Assembly: GCA_977030845.1 (NCBI GenBank)
Contig: OZ365118.1
Span: 3,410,001-3,474,000, forward strand
DNA: 64,000 bases
Direction of reading: 5' to 3'
From: Fimbriosthenelais zetlandica
Taxonomy: Eukaryota
The notes under the pieces: model-generated
What the model was told of the DNA's origin: nothing
The model's database searches: none
Seen by the model: only the letters and a program-made list of their open reading frames with translations
Made by a program: the position numbers and the translations under genes
Part shown: in pieces, positions 63,001 through 64,000 of the stretch
How positions within the stretch are numbered: the first letter of the stretch is position 1
How the letters are laid out: every line of letters starts with the position of its first letter

Positions 63001-64000
63001 TCCCCAGGCCAGGATCTGGATCCTTGGTACAACCTGTATACATGTATAATCACCTAGAGTCCTTGTATGAGGTTAACATGGGTTTAGCTGTGTCAATAAT
63101 ACTAATGCTTCATTTTGTTTGAGGGATGTTTCTATGAGCTTCAGTGGGATTTGTGGTCAATTGTTTTGCTTTAATTAAATGGAAACAATTGGATCATTTT
63201 CACTGTTTTATCCTACATGATTTGTTTCCAAATCAGGATCCAAATCAAAACAAAACATCCTGGAAACAAACATTGATGTGCACTCACAATAAAAGTGAAT
63301 GAACAATTTGAACATATCACAGTTTAGGATAAATGAGTGAATGATCTTCTGCCTTTAAATCAATGTAAATACCGGTGGATGACCAATAAAGGAAGCATTT
63401 AGTGGATGGTGATCATTGCTCAGCCAGGCGTATATCATCATCAGTGAGGCTGGGGTGTTTAAGGCACGTGATCACTGACTTTGATACATGTACAGTGTAA
63501 TTAGTGCGGGTCAGGTATTGAGGGCTGAACCTTCATGTTAAACCATCTAAATGAAGGATCAATGGGCGAGAAGATGAGGCGAGAGGCTGGTGTTTACTGG
63601 CATGATGGGGCAAGGTGATCTCTGGAAAATATCATCATAAATTGATGATTCACACATATCTAGTGAGCAGGTGTAGGCCCAGGGAACTGCTCCCTGCTGC
63701 TCATCTGCTCGCTTCAAGCTTGGAAAAGCCAGCCTTCTAAGATCTTAAAGATCAATTTGGTTTCACAAACATTTAAGTGCAAACACATATAAGAAAATAT
63801 TTCAAATATTCACTGAAATAACTGAGAAGATGTTTGTAATTAAGTTTTTCTGGATGCAACTTATTTGAAATCCAATAATCATTTATCTTACATACGAGTC
63901 ACATCTTACAAGCTGGGGCTTATATAAAAAGATCATCCCAATGAATAGCCATAGCCAAATAAACATTTATGGGCACAGAATAAGATTTTTGAATCACTAA
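60024..64000 (+). other. Intron of the protocadherin gene, continuing beyond the window
   Basis: Starts at a consensus donor; no convincing phase-0 downstream coding exon found up to 64000. Confidence 0.65.
61091..61189 (+). repeat. 50/49-bp C-rich tandem duplication
   Basis: ccgcccaactca[a/c]cccaccaaaaggtcct...aact[c/t]tcccaacaaccctc x2. Confidence 0.9.

Overview
Eukaryotic (animal) genomic DNA, most likely a bilaterian invertebrate of lophotrochozoan type; the taxon is inferred from the 7-EC protocadherin and is not certain. There are three protein-coding genes, all on the + strand: (1) the 3' part of a spliced BTB-BACK-Kelch (KLHL-like) gene, 9 exons, 1..2948; (2) a two-coding-exon GT10 alpha-1,3/4-fucosyltransferase-like gene, 4466..5928, with several normally conserved donor-binding residues substituted; (3) the large ectodomain+TM exon of a 7-cadherin-repeat protocadherin, 57219..60023, followed by an intron running off the window. 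Between genes 2 and 3 lies about 51 kb with no recognisable coding sequence or transposon ORF. This desert is highly structured: blocks of A/T tracts phased at about 10-11 bp recur roughly every 0.3-0.9 kb (about 0.5 kb on average, by eye), alternating with G/C-run-rich, CA/TG/TA-rich, CpG-depleted blocks, and a comparable block-wise shift in CpG content and codon usage is seen inside the protocadherin exon. Embedded in it are three CRE clusters (one a CpG island with a perfect ETS-CRE composite that reads like an antisense promoter), two perfect RFX X-boxes, G-quadruplex motifs, a fold-back inverted duplication and many small tandem duplications. No tRNA, rRNA, CRISPR array or intact mobile element was found. 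All counts and periods were estimated by eye and need computational confirmation.
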